Positions 25,226 through 39,059 are shown, counted from the first letter of the whole stretch. The stretch is DNA of 62,649 bases, filler included, from Sphacelaria rigidula (GCA_964200075.2; 9 parts of 9 records of this genome joined end to end with filler, not necessarily neighbours in it); one strand, 5' to 3'. Program-made: numbers and translations. The notes: a model not told the origin generated them from the sequence alone.

Positions 25226-25789
25226 AACAGATCGATCTTCCTCGACCGCCAGCTGTAGAACATAGTCCCACGCACGACTATTTGCGCTGTATTCTTCCAC
25301 AACCGACCGATCGGTGCCCTGATCCATCATACTTTTCGCCCAGGCCGCTTCTTCGTCCTCTTCCGCTCCCGAGCTGCTGGCGCCTCCCGCTGCTGCCGCT
25401 GCTGCCGCTGCTGCCGCTGCGCCCGAACTCCGTTCATCACCATCGCTGTCATCACCCCGCTCCACCATAGCGTCTGCCCAGTCCCCCCAATCAGACGAGT
25501 CTGAGTCACCACTGTCATCGGGATTAGCTCGTTTTTGTGCTACTTCTGCTTGTGCTTCTTTTTCTTCCCCTGTTGCTGTATCCACTGTTCTGTCGAGATG
25601 GGCGTCGTCCTCGGCTGCAACGATGTCCATGTCGTCGCAGCAGTCGGTAGGAGTAGGGGTGCGGCGAGATATTTGATGCGGGGTGGGATGGGGTTGGCGT
25701 TTTGAACGCTTCGTTGGTCGGGGTGCAACGCTTCCTCCGTTGGTGGAAAAGGTCGGCGAGGGAAGAAATGAGCGGCCGTCCTGAGTCAT
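25226..25789 (-). CDS. Probable first coding exon of an acidic, low-complexity protein (MTQDGRS...LAVEEDRSV); function unknown
   Basis: 188-codon open frame with a poly-Ala tract and D/E-rich segments, ending at a canonical GTGAGT donor. Part of ORF 25127..25813; the start codon is uncertain. Confidence 0.65.
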
Positions 25790-26073
25790 TACCTTGTATC
25801 TCTTTCTTCTCAAGCTACATGCATACGAAGCACGGCAGCTACTGTCTGTACAGCAGCACAGACAGCACAGACATCACAGAAAGCACCGAGTGCACAACTG
25901 ACAGTCTCGCGAGATCGATGTACCACACCCGAAACGGAACGCGGTTTCACATGAAAAGGAACATACGGATACCCATGAAATTATCTGGGGTACCTTGTCT
26001 GAGGCTGCGTGGGGAGATGGTCATATCAGCTGTCGTGGCACAGGGAGCGGAGCAACGCGTTCAGGTCAGCAGC

Positions 26074-26256
26074 ATGCAGGTCAAGCAGGATGGGTGTACG
26101 CATGGAAAGGGCGTGGCCGTGCTGGCTGTGGTTGTGAGCATACTATTGGCTGACAGCGTGCGAAGCTTCGTGATGCCTACCCCTACTTCGTGGACATCTA
26201 TGTCTACGGCGCACCGGCATGTCGCCTCGTCATGCTGCCGTCAAGGGCGCCACTAT
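26074..26256 (+). CDS. First exon of a probable plastid-targeted protein with a bipartite presequence
   Basis: MQVKQ...VAVLAVVVSILLADSVRS-FVMP: a hydrophobic signal peptide, an ASAFAP-like F motif, then an S/T/R-rich transit-like peptide. Ends at a GTAAGT donor. Confidence 0.62.
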
Positions 26257-27204
26257 GTAAGTATTCCAGTATAGTGCTGCACTGCATGGTATGCCATCTT
26301 GTACTCTGTGATGATGGCAGAGTAATTAGTGTTGAGAAGGCTACGTTGCCTATCGTATGTTCCCGTTGAGCAGCTGCCTGGTATGGCCGAGTTTTTTAAA
26401 AGCGTACCCCACAGTCAATTTCTTGTAGTACGCATTTTTGAACAAGGGTACGTACCAAATTACACGCGACACATGTTCATGTTTTACAACCATCATGCGC
26501 GATATCAGCAGTAACATGTGTGTCGGCACCTACGGACGCACACGCAGCGTGCCGTGTCGCACGGTCGCATCCATCCAAGGATTGCTGTATTTTCCACATT
26601 ATTGCTAGTGACCCATGTACGATGTATGGCCCTTCTATAGCTGTGCCCTCTTCGATAGAGCCAAGCGGGGAACACACGTGTTTCAAACCATGCAACTACT
26701 GACGGTACTCGCGCTGCTACCGACCGCATTCTACTGTTATCCGACCGTACTCTACTGTTGTACAACTGTTGTTGTACACAGGCCATACCAAGTACCACAG
26801 CTGGTGATACACTACCGTATGCAGACTGTACAAAGCGCACCGCGGAATACTCCAGGCAGCACGCAGACAAATTGTTTTTTCGCGCTTCACAAGGTCGTGG
26901 TGGTCGCTGAGTAACGTGGGATATAGAGTGTATCGACCACCTCGTGATCACTGTGGTGATATTTTGGGGCCCGAAAAATTACCGCCGGGGGGTGTTATTT
27001 ACAGTACAGTAGACGGGGTGTCGTCCGCAGCGGATGAGGTTGTGCCAGCAAAGGTAGCCCTGGCCCGAGCGGCGTGGTGATTGTCGGCTTTACGATGAGT
27101 AATGTAGAGGCAATTTAGTTGGAGATACCTGTTGATCTCGCAGAAAACTCGTTTTCTTTCAGCATGAAAAAATCCAACGGCAGGTCGGGTAGGGTATGCA
27201 CTTT

Positions 27205-27550
27205 CGAATACTCGGGTAAAATACCCGGGATTTCACTCTACTCAAGGTTTAGGTAATTTGGGTACGGTCTCAAGTGCTCTACCCAAATTTGGGGTCATTC
27301 GGGTACGATATCAAATACTCTATCCTAAAGATGGGTACATTGGGTACAACCTCAAATAGTCTACCCAAATATTCGGTAAGCACTCTCAGCAAGACCTGGG
27401 TATATTGAGTATCACTTGTGTATGACCTCAATACTACACCCAAAAATTGGGTAGATTGGGTACGACCTCAAATGCTCTATCCAAATGTTGGGAAAGTACT
27501 CTCAACAAATACACATTGGGTACGATTTCAATACTTTACCAACATATTAG
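27205..27550. repeat. Degenerate ~40-bp tandem repeats (ttgggtacgacctcaaatactctacccaaa)
   Basis: Motif gggtac.a.ctcaaata.tcta.ccaaa recurs about 7 times. Confidence 0.75.
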
Positions 27551-27757
27551 GTCAGGCCGTGTCTTGGCACATCATTTTTCGATCGAAAAAATGTGGGGTG
27601 GAATTGATCTGAGCGAATTCGTTCATTTCTCGCGAGTTGGGTCCAAGGGAATTTGCAAGCTTTGGATCGAACAAAGAGAGTAAAATTCGTGAAGCGGTTC
27701 TTGTTCGCTTCTCTACAGTACAGTACTGTACTGTCTGCGCTGGGTGCACACAGTGGG

Positions 27758-27792
<35 letters not shown>

Positions 27793-28039
27793 NNNNNNNN
27801 NNNNNNNNNNNNNNNNNNNNNNNNNNNNNNNNNNNNTTAATTAATTAANNNNNNNNNNNNNNNNNNNNNNNNNNNNNNNNNNNNNNNNNNNNGGGAATTC
27901 CCACGCTTGGGTTCGTTCTAGCTAATGTCACCAAGATGAGGCGCTTCATGCTGCCTAAACCCGAACATCAGGCGCTGGATGGCCATTTTTTTCGTGACAC
28001 TTTTGAGCTGGTTTTGGGGGGGGGCTATCGCAGAAAGTG

Positions 28040-30790
28040 TCAGCTGCAGTAGCAGTGCCAGTCTGTTCCATGTGTTCTCATTTTGATTCTCGAATAAATG
28101 TTTGCGGGCTGCCGCTGTCCAATAAGGATACGCATTCCGTAGGCGTGGTAGCGTTTGGAGCAGAGTTGATCGCGGCGCATGTAGTGAAAGTGGCCGGATC
28201 CGCAGACACTTCACCGCTGACACGACCCAGACCGTATTCCGGCAAGGAAAATCGGTCAGGATCAGCGGGGCTGACAGCAAAAACGGACGGCGGGTGATCC
28301 GCCGGTGGATCAGATTTCTCACCGGAGAAGGTGGTAGACGGTGAATTATTTCCAGGTGTGGCATGGTTAGAGTAATCAATAGCGATTTCGTCAATGATCG
28401 TCTTTGGTTGACAGGGATCACCGTCCAAGGGGGTCCAGATTGTGTGGGGCTAGAGTCGTCGGTTGAAGAAGCAGTGACGTCAGAAATATTTGACTTTGTT
28501 TCTTCCGTGATACTTGAGAGGTCCGTCGAGCTCAAAGTTGTCGCATTTTGGAGTGATTGAGGTCGAGGATTCGGCTCGAAAGAGGTGTACGTGATGATGC
28601 GCGCGCGTCCTTGTGAGCATGCTTACGGGGCTTCCTCTTTCGCCGTGACAATGGTAGGGGAACTTCCGAAACAGTTTAGGATGAAACCACAACTGCGTCC
28701 AGTCGGGTGGACGGGGTCAGCATCGGGGCGTGATCGAACGAAACTTGTGGACTGCTGTCCGTAGGTAAGCTTGGCTGGGGAATCATAGCCGAGGGAAATT
28801 TGGGGAGGGTGTTATTAGGACCGGCCGGAGGTAGTTCCGCGCGTGTTGAAAATCGCGGGGAAGGAGCTCGATCCAACTGATTGGGAATTACATAATCCGA
28901 TGTGGTCAAGTTCAAATCGGCAACACTTGGGTCAGCTGAAAAAGGCTTGCTACTACCTGTGCGTGCGGTCTCTAAGGGAAGCCTTTGCCTCAGGGACTGG
29001 CGGTCGGTGCTCCAACACCTCAGACTTATACTCGGCACTGAAGGACCAAGTTTAGGGCCGGGTGTAAGTTTGAGTCGCGGGATGACACAACTCTTACGCG
29101 TTGTGTGGAAGGCTGAAGAGAGGGGTCGATATGAACGGCCATCAGTTGCGCTCCTGCATAGTACCGGGGAAGCCGGGCGAACAATCATGGTCGAGGGCTC
29201 TGCAGGCTGTGTTGAAAGGTGTGTGGAGCGTGGAGACGGGGTCGATTTGAACGGCCGTCTGTTGCGCTCCTGGATAATGAAGGGGGAGTCGGGTGAGCAA
29301 CCTTAGTCACGGGCTCCGCGGGCTGTGTTGCAAAAGTCTTCGCTAGTGCTGTCGGCGATGTGGAAGAGTTTAGGACGCCGGCGTCGGCACGTCATGGGTC
29401 TATGCCATCCGTAGTAAAGGTGTCAGGGTTTCTGGTGTTGGGATTCGAGTTTTGTGTCGGTCCCGCCCGCTGATGTCTGTCAACGGATCGTGTGTTGTCG
29501 CGAGAATAATGATCTTTCTGGCGAGGGCTTGTAAAATTGTTGTTTCGTCGGCGATTTAAGCGATTTTTGACTCGTTGATTCGAATCATTGCGATAATTTC
29601 GACTCGGTTGGCGATAGTCGCGCATGCGTTTTTGCTATCGGCGCCACGCGGGTTCATTGTCCTGTAGTTCAGGGTCCATGAGATCAAAGCCATTGATGCA
29701 TGGGCTGTCGCAGTCGCGCATACTCTGGTCTTAAACATTACAGCTGATGCAACTGTTGCCATGACTGCTGAAGGCATTGCGTCTAGTAGGAGACGAAAGA
29801 AGTGGGTTCCACAAATGGGGATCATCCGTAATGAATGCCGTTTCTAAAGTCAAATAAACATCACCCCAAGTCAGAGAACGGCCAACCATCAAAGCTCGCA
29901 CTAAATGCATCTCTGTTACTCTGAATACGCATAACTGAACCGGTGACCGAGTCGGGAGTCCATGAAGTGCGAGCTGAATTCGAATTCCTGCCGCGAGACC
30001 CTTGAGCATTAGCTGAGGACACAACCGTGGGTTATGAACGCAGAGGCGTAGAAGGTTTGCCACGTATGGCGGGCGTTAGATTACCCTCTTGGTATGCAAA
30101 AGCAGACCACATAGCATCTACGGAAGCGTAAGACACCTCGCGATGCGACAAGACACCCGGAAACAACGACGGCATCAAAGCCGGATACTGCTGAGCAACG
30201 CTATTGCGAACGTAAGTCTGACACATTGCGTCGCTCGGTCCGTTTTTGCATCCGACACCCGTAGTACCGGAGACTAAAAGCTTATATTCACGAAGATAAT
30301 CCGCGAAGGGGAGATTCGGTGCGACAGCCAAAGAACCAAGTCTTCGGATGGCGCTTGCTTGGTCGCTTTGGTCGAAGTAACCTATGAGATGCCTCTCCAA
30401 ATCAGAGAGCAATATCGGGCCTGTCTTCCCCTTGGAACGATCGAGATCCATCTCAGCGAGGAATCCATCGATAGAGGGATCCAGCCGAAATTCATCGCAC
30501 CACCGACGAACCCGCAATGTCCACGACCCTCCGTCCCGCTCTGATGCTGCGATTATTAGCTCTCTTCGACAACAACTGACAGAATTGAGGCAAGCACTCA
30601 AAAGGGCCACCATGGAAAACAACGGAACTACCGCCGCCGCTGCTGCCGTCACCGCTGCCGCTGCCACCGCTGCCACGACTACCGCTGCTACTGCCACCGC
30701 CACCCCGACTCCCACCCCAACTGCCGTCCTGACTACCGTCGACTCTGACGCCGACAGTGGTCACGCCACCGATCCCGTGCTGGATCCCCT
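28040..30790 (-). mobile_element. Ty3/Gypsy fragment A: gag and aspartic protease, decayed; same family as the contig 7 element
   Basis: Gag-like ORF 30032..30715. Protease motif CVSLLDSGSPQTFI (28078..28428) is nearly identical to CVSVLDSGSSQTFI at 47411..47626. Cut at 28039 by a CACTT-ended element. Confidence 0.8.
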
Positions 30791-33330
30791 GGTGCTTTCC
30801 ACTCCGTCTGAAGAAGTTCCCCCCCCGCTCGGTGACGAGCATTGCCCAGCGCAGACAATGTGCACCATCGGCCCTCAGGCCCTTCTGCTCGACCTGCTGC
30901 ACGCTAACCTCAAGCGCACGTTATCTTGCACCTCTTTCCTCCGCTGGGTCCATAAACATGTCGGGACCCCGATCGACCAAGCGCTCACCCGCTCCATCCG
31001 CAGGAGCCTCCTCATCATTGGCGCTCTGGAATGACCGTATGGATACGGTCACACACCTTGCAGCAAAATAGTCGGGATTTTCCACGCCGGTTTGCACCTG
31101 CACAGCACGCGGGCGTAACCTATCCAACGCCAGCGGGTACAAGTCAATCCTAAGTTTTTTCATCGTCGCCATCCCAAAAAGAACCACGTTGTCTCTACCG
31201 GGCATGACAGCAAAAGGAATGGACTGCAACTCCACAGCCTCCCACGGCGTACGCACGCTAACAGTAATCGACACCATTTTATGTGTAACCGTCACGGGAG
31301 CACCCGTGGCGGTCTGTACTGTTCGCGGTCCGTTTTCGAACGGAATCTACAACTGAGCGCCACCAAACTGCGGAGACATTTGTTCTCGCAACCCCACACC
31401 TATCGACGTGAGCGCGAACCCAGAATCTAGAATAAGGCGGGCCATGAACGAACCTACGGAACCAGGCAAAGAAAGAGGTGCGCGTAAGTCTTCAGCCTTG
31501 CGATCGACAGGTTCCACGCCTGCCGAAGAACCCTGGTCGGTACCAAGAAGAGTCACGTGACGCCAGGGCTACCCTTCGGCACTTGACATAGCTAAGAACC
31601 GTCGGTCCAACCAGACCAAGCCGACGAATATGCAGACGACTTTGTTACAACCGTCGAAGCAGTAGGAGATGCACCAGATACGGATCTTGCCTGGCCGAGG
31701 GGTTGCAAACTATTCGCTCCAGCACTCCCCATCGAAGTATTTGCATTTCCCACGTACACTGTCCGCCCCGCTACTGACGAATCATAAGATCCAGAGTCAC
31801 CACCTGATGACGTAGTGGGAGAAACAGAAGCGGAATAATCACCATCCGCCGCCGATTGCTTGCTACCGCGGCCACCGTGCCCGCGTCCCTGGTTGGCACG
31901 GCCCCGTCCACCGTGACGACCGCCTCGGGATCCTCGTGAATCTCGCACATTTCCTTGAGCAGCGCCTTGAGCGCGAGGTTTGGGGCAGTCCTTGATCAGA
32001 TGTTCGGTGTCGCCGCAGTTGTAACATGCGCGAGTGGACGACGGTCGCAAAGACGGCTGCTGTTTCTGTTGCTGTTGCTGTTTGCGGCGCGCACCACCTG
32101 CACTCGTTGCAGAATCGCGCCGGCTATGTCCCTCGATGAATTTCCACTAGTCGGCGGCATCAAGTATTTTGTTGAGCACCACCGTCGGGGGGTTTTCCAT
32201 CCGTCTACATACATGCTATAGGCATGCATGATCATGAGTACATACGTTAGCACGCTTCTAACGTACGCCTTGAATTCCTGAGGCGAAATCCCGTCCACCG
32301 AAGCTGTGAAAACCGACTCGGCTGGGCCTGGCAACCAGCTCCTGTCCTCCGCACGGTACATGGCTTGCACCGTCAGGTATTCAGCGAAAAACATTTCATG
32401 GACGAATTGACCATCATCGCTCTACTCTTGACGGATGCTCCACCGCTTGGCTGCATCGTAAGTACTCTACGCAGGTCTGCTGCAGCCAGTGCAGTGTCAT
32501 GCTTGCCGCCGGTTGTGGTGTACCCGGCATGCTGCTTCACAGCGTCTAGCAATTCGCCGGGGATCATAGCCCGACGGTCCTTGTACATGCCTTCAAAGCG
32601 CCGGTGAATATGTGTGGGGATGAGTTGTCCGATGCTCACACTGGCATGCCTCATGACTCCTTGTGCATTGGCCAAGTGCAACCTCTCTACATAGTCGAGA
32701 TATGTGGCCCAAAACATTTTTGAGGTTTCCTCTGTCCACACTTCGCCATACTTAGGCGGTTCTAGAGGCTCACCTGACACCAGCGGCGTGGCCGCCGCTT
32801 GAGCCATGTCGTCTAGGATTTACAACTTCACGAAGAGACTCTTGCCTGACTTGTGCGTCCTCCAGCCCACGGAGCGTCCTCCACTGCTGTGCGCTTCAAG
32901 TTGGGTACTAGTTGGTCTCCCCGACTGCAAGCCAAGCTGGCTTCCAGCTGCGGCCCCTCTCCCCAGCCAAACTCCTCCAATAGAGTGCCGAAAATAATAA
33001 TATCTAGATATTATAGCCTCTGCCAAGACGATTTGGACAAGAGGACTATCAACGAGGGACTCCTCCAGTAGCACTGGCCTCGTGCTCGACAAGTCCTTTC
33101 TTCTAACTTGTTATTATCACAGAGTGGTCCTCAAGAGACCACATCACGAGCCAGCAGCAAAAGGCCAGACAGACAAGGGCCATCAAACCCGGATCCCCTG
33201 TCCCCTGCTACTGCTCCAATCATGCATGCGGGTATACTGAAACCTACGGCTTGGTATCATTCGGCTACAAGTCTCACCGATGCTAGACTTCCTTGCTGGG
33301 AGTAGGGTGTAGTGAATTCAAGGGGTGACA
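30790..33330 (-). mobile_element. Ty3/Gypsy fragment B: candidate 5' LTR (33109-33330), gag with CCHC zinc knuckle, protease and start of pol
   Basis: Gag ORFs 32373..32807 and 31996..32394. Knuckle CYNCGDTEHLIKDC. Protease ILDSGFALTSI. LTR-like segment reading TGTCAC...ATAACA on the minus strand. Confidence 0.82.
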
Positions 33331-33871
33331 TTTTTGTTCATACAGCAAAACCAGCACCACGGCCTCTGAATGTCATACAACGAAAATCAGCACCACCTCC
33401 ATATTTTCTGCATATTTAGTCCCGTGTGGCACTCCGGCACACATTTATATAGGTGACGCACCCCACCGGAGTATCGTTGTGCTGCAGTCTGGAGGTCGTA
33501 CCCCCCCAAGACTTGGCAAACGTGCTAAGCCACATCATGGAGAAAAAGTAGTGTGGTCGAGCGCACAGAAATCCCCTCTCCACACGTGGAAGGATTGAGG
33601 TGCGATACAGTATTTACGCCATTCACCGCCAGTTGGAAGCGACCACGGGCCTGAAAAACATGCCTTGGGCAAGGCAGTAGTCCTTGGAAGCTGGGGACAA
33701 TCAACCATTGTTCTTTCCTTTCTCTTTCTTTTATTATTCTGTTTGTTTGTTTTTGCTGCTCCTGACATCGGGCTGAATTGTTGCGATCAGCTAATGTGAG
33801 ATAATCAATCAGGGTTGTCAAAAAAACAGCACCTCAACATCAGCACTTTTCCGTTGCCAGTACCAGAAGGG
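33331..33871. mobile_element. Right part of the piggyBac-like element (second copy), with a LINE 3' tail inserted at ~33708-33811
   Basis: Colinear with ~17715-18107 and ends ccagtaccagaaggg|ttca. The extra segment ends gctaatgtgagataatcaatca. Confidence 0.75.
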
Positions 33872-34864
33872 TTCATGTAGGGGGCAAGGGGGAGTGAAGG
33901 CACTGATGGTGGTCCTGTTGCATACACCATTATTGTAGTTTTCTAGTCGGCTGATGTTAAATATGTTTTCGTGAGATTGAGAACCTACGATACGATTGAG
34001 AGTAGGCTTGAGAGGAGGCCTTTCATGGCTTTGAGCGGTCGGTTGTGCCTGCATCATTAATGGACGAAACGCTTACCTCGCAAATTGATGCAAAATCCTG
34101 CCGCTTAAACTGTTGACGTTTCTCTGCTATTCATGCGAAAACACTTGCTTGCGACGTTGGAGAATCCTGGTGCGGTAACTGGTGATACGTCACTACTCTC
34201 CGTAGGAAGATGCCCGGGTAGGACATTCGTTGAAAAATGATAGTGTTCATTCATCCGTTTTTGGCTGCAAACTCCGCTAACAAGTGCAGAGAGAAGCAAC
34301 GACAGAGAGGAAGCTCCGAGTATCAAGTCAACACTATATATCACGAGGGACAAACCCTCAGCCCGCGATACATATGCCACTGATGTCTTACAAACAAGCC
34401 GCCTTGTCGTGAGCGAATTCCAGGTTTGTTCGCTTTTGCGATGGAAAAGAGTTATTGTGTTGCGAGGATTGCAATTATTGCGCCTGCGGCCGAACCGCCT
34501 GGATTCCCGAAAACGCTGCACAATTTGATATACGCAAAAGCTGTAACCAAACGCGAACAAGACCATATCGACAGCTATATAGCTGCACAATATTTCCGAT
34601 AACAAGACGAGTATCATGCGCACGAATTGAAGCCAGCACACAGCCGGACAAAATCGGTGGTGCGACGGGAATGGCTACACATGACAAGCCCCGAACGCCG
34701 GGTGTCGGTCAACTCTCTGCCTATCACTCGTCTTCATCTCCGACATCCATATCTTCATCCCCCANNNNNNNNNNNNNNNNNNNNNNNNNNNNNNNNNNNN
34801 NNNNNNNNTTAATTAATTAANNNNNNNNNNNNNNNNNNNNNNNNNNNNNNNNNNNNNNNNNNNN

Positions 34865-35911
34865 GTGTTCCTTCCCTTCAGACTCCATCTCGTCGACCAG
34901 TTCCTCGCCGACCGCCAACATGATTGTGTTCAAGTTGGTCACCGCGGCGACGGCCGCAGCCATGAGTATATCGTCATCGGAAGAGTCGGAGTCGGTGACC
35001 TCCATCACTCTATAGCGCTGACAACTGGAGTTTGTGCGAGGTACCGGCTGCACAGACGGGATGGTGCTGGTGGTGTCGACAGGAGGCGTTTTCTGCGATG
35101 GAGATTTATATCTGGGAGTTTTTCTCGGACAAAAATGTGTACATTTCTGTCTGGGATCGGCCAACTTTTTGGCTCGGACAATAATCTGTGATTTTTATCG
35201 GCTGGTGTTTCTCCTATAAGAAGTGGTCAGACAAAAATCCTGGACCAAAAGTGGGAAAAAATATTTATTTTGGTGTTTTTTGTTCATTATAGGAAGCGGC
35301 CTCAGCTATATTCAGTTTCCAAGCCCAGAAAGCACTCTGCGCTCGGCAACACTGAGCAAGGCAGCGACAGTCAAGTACAGTACGAGTGGTGATTCTCGAA
35401 CGTCTTCGAATCAATTATGCCCGCCTGCCGCCCTGTTACTCGAGAGAGGGTGGAACAAGGGTGGGTAGGTTGATTCTCGTTTTCCATTGTGCGGTTTAAT
35501 TTTCTTTGTTGTCCTTTTTTTTTGTGTCGGGGGGTGGTCGGGGTTGGGGTTCGGTCTCTGCGTCCGTTTTGAGAAGATTCCCCCCCCAAAGGGGGATGGA
35601 AAGGGGGGGAAGTGTTGATCAGCCCCGAAAAAAGGGGACGGGTCAGCAACTAAGAACAGAAAGTCATGGGTTAGCCCGGTGGCTTGCGCACCCACGGCGA
35701 CGAGGTCGCTGCTGGGCAGAGTCAGTCGGTATTTATTTTGTCTTGTTTTGGTTTCGGATTTGTTTTGGAGTTTTGGGTTGTTGTTGTTGTTGTTTTTTCA
35801 AGTATTGATTGTGTCTTCAAAAAAATCCATAATTCTTGAGCCAAAAACAAATCTCAGTCTTCCAGCGGGGGGGTCGCTGTCTAAGGGGTAAATCCGTTCT
35901 TAGGCTGGCCC
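34865..35911 (-). mobile_element. Possible PIF/Harbinger-like transposon 5' end with the N-terminus of a transposase, cut by the contig end
   Basis: Candidate GGGCCAGCCTAAGAACGG terminus on the minus strand at ~35911. ORF MEVTDSDSSDDDILMAAAVAAVTNLNTIML runs into the gap. No catalytic motif is visible. Confidence 0.38.
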
Positions 35912-37971
35912 AGCTCGTATCCTAGTTCATATTCCTACGTCTTGTTCGCACGCGAAACAACAAGGAATGTACGACTAACAGCATGCGCGTGTAACTCCCT
36001 GCCACTTCCTGGATCAGTACCCCAAGGAGAAGGTTCGGGAGCTCCGGTCGTGCTCACCTTCGCAGCTCTTCCAGCTGGGGAGCTGATTCGAATTCCTTAC
36101 CCTCACAGTCTTTCCCGTGCCTTGGTTTTGCTGTCCTCCCTGGCAGGCTTCACCTGTCCTTCTGGACATACATCACAGCGGTAGTTAGGTGCTGCGCTCG
36201 ATTTAGTGTCACGTTTTTCAACACCCTCTATAAACAAGACCCAACGGATTCAAAGAAGTGGGCGAAGCCCAATAACACTTGATACGCAGAAAATTTATGT
36301 AAATGATATCTGGCCTAATGTGATGAATACCCCCTTTCAAAACAGGTGAGAGACGTGACATGTGTCGAGATTCAACGAAATTTGAGAGGATAGTTTACCA
36401 CTTGGGCGGGTGAAGAAAGTTCTGAGGGAAAATATGGTTTGTGCAGTTGCTGATCACCGTTACGAGTATTGTTCTTTTCGCCCATGAGCCTGATGTTGGG
36501 AACAATACCCCCTTGCGACATCCGTTTGTCACCAACTACTGTCACCTCGTTCGTGACAGTCCCGAACTAATTGCGCCGCTTCTCAGCAAGAGCGAGCACA
36601 CAGCACACACACCCGACGAACACACGCTTAGTCAATGACACACACGCACCCTCAAGCACAAACACACACACATACAAGGGCACTGTGCAGCATTCATGCT
36701 GCGCCTCGACGTGCCAAGTTGCTGCAGTGTACGAGTACCAGCTTGGAGAAGAAGACCTCACTTGACACATACAGGAGTCTGGCTACATGTACACGCTTCT
36801 GAGTACTACAGTAGTAGTAGTAGTTGCGCAGCACACCTCCCGCTGCTGCAATTGCCATGCGGACGATGTAGCCCGAGGGCAGAGCGACACAGTTCGACAC
36901 AATTCGAGAGTCTATGTCAAGGCTGCACCATCGCACCACAGCGAAATTGTGGGCTTTTACCCGAGAGAGGTTGGGCATGGATAGCAGCTATGGTGTGTAG
37001 TTGAGTGAACTCCATGCTGTACTGGCGGGAAATCATACCGTTCTGGCGGGAAACTACGGCGATAACGGAAACTCCGTTCTCCGAGGAGGAGGCGGGCGTA
37101 TTGCCGAGGAACTGGACGGGATGCCTTCGATCCGTTTTTTTCCGGTCGACACTCAACACGCGGGCTATAGCACTCATCGTCCGGCAGCACGCTCTGAACA
37201 AAGTACAATACGACCCCGTGTCTTCTGCCAGGCTACCATATTGGTCGCAATTGGATTTGGTTGTTCTGAACCGGCACTGGTCGTTAGGGGCCCTCCACGC
37301 GGCACTACTGCATCGGAGTTAGATCAGAACATCGAACCAGATATGTGGCTTCTTATATCGGGGAGGAGGAGGGGGTAGGCATGGAGGGAGTGCGGCCGAT
37401 CAGACGGTTTATCGGCGGAGGTGGCAGAGGCGGTCGCGATAGGAACGGCAGCGAAGGGGGAGGCGGTGGCGTACAGTCATGGCTATGTGCAAGGTGCTGG
37501 ACCAGGCATCACTCCATCCTACGAAGCGTCGTGTGTGAAACTGCCCCAGAGTACCCGAAGAAGCGCATGACCGTGGGGTTATGGGGGGTGGGGGTGGGGG
37601 AACGGGGGGTGACGGCGGCGGGAGCGGCTGTAGACGAGGGTTATGGGCGGAGACGGGAGCGGGGACGGGCACAGTGGCAGCGGCGGTAGGGGGGGTGGGC
37701 ACGGGAACGGGGGCGGCTGTGGTGGCTGCGGCGGCTGGAGGGTGTATAAATATATGATGTCTGCATCCGATGCTCCAGGGGCAAGGCTGAATGGAGCTCG
37801 TGAGTTTACGAGAGCACGGTACAATTATGCGCGCCCTCTGCTTGTTCTACGCTATAGGCGGCATCCGCGGTTAAGGGCCGCTTGCCTTTTCCAGCCGAAA
37901 AATAAACATCACAAGTCGCTTTTTGGGTCGCCCGGAAAACCTAGAATGTCGTCCAACAAGCTTTACGGTAA

Positions 37972-38582
37972 AAAAATCGGTTCGGAATCGCCTCGAATTG
38001 ATGCATTCACCGTGCTTATGAACTTTTCGTATTTTTTGTGCTCCTCCCCACTCGATTCCGCTTTGCCGATTTTGGGGAAGGGGGTGCAGTATAATTTACG
38101 ACGTTGTTGGGGTAAAAAGACAGCTTGGTTTGACTTGAATATTTCTTTGCGATAAAAGCTTCAACATGATCGCCTGGGTTCGACCTGATATTTTATTCCG
38201 ACAAATGCCGTCGATGGTGACATATCTATAACACAATTTCTGAAACGACAATAAGAAAAACAAGTGCGGGATTCGTTATCTCCGCCCAAAAATTAGCCTA
38301 CAGCAAGTGTTTCATTGCGTTTGCCTCTGAAACCCCTAAAGCGTCGTGTGAAACGCTACACGCGAAATATCGGTTCGGGATCACCTCGAATAAATGTCTT
38401 CACCACGTTTTTCTTGTCTTGTTTTTTGTTATGCTCCTTGGCAGTCGATGCTGTGTCGCCGACCGTTTCATTGGGGGGGTCACAGGCGTGTCGTTACTTA
38501 TTGATCCAAGGATTCCGACTCTTTTGACTTGAATTTCCCATTGCGAATGAAAGCTCCAACATGACCGCCTTTGCTCGCCTGT
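37972..38582. repeat. Diverged direct repeat of ~215 bp (37972-38188 and 38365-38582)
   Basis: atcggttcgg.atc.cctcgaat...tttgacttgaat...aaagct.caacatga.cgcct appears twice, about 393 bp apart. Confidence 0.7.
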
Positions 38583-39059
38583 CGTAAATCCTTGCGATGC
38601 TTCGATCTTTCTGCTTGTACCTGTCATTGTCTCTCACCGAACGTCACTGCTCTGGCGTACTTGTTTCCAGTTACACAACCGAGACAATGCTCGTGGATTT
38701 CTCCAAGCTACTCCAATCACGTTTAATCGCATGTGCCGGAGGCAGCGAAGAGTGTTCGAACTAATCTTTGGAACGGAGGTCTGCAGCGACATCGGACGCG
38801 GGAGGGTTTTACACGTCGGACGGGAGTCAGATCGCGCACATGTTTTTGTGGAGGGCGGAGGGCGGAGGGCGAAGGGCGCAAAATATGCTGTGGAAAAAGT
38901 GAACCACTAGCTGGTGAGTCGCGTTCCGTTGTCTCTCACGCTGTAATCGCTACAATCAGGGAAATACCGATCCACGAGCATGCATACAAGTGGGGGGTCT
39001 GTGTAACGCCTGCGATTCCAAGGAAACAACTGCCAGTAATCTTCTCAGTGTGACCCCAC

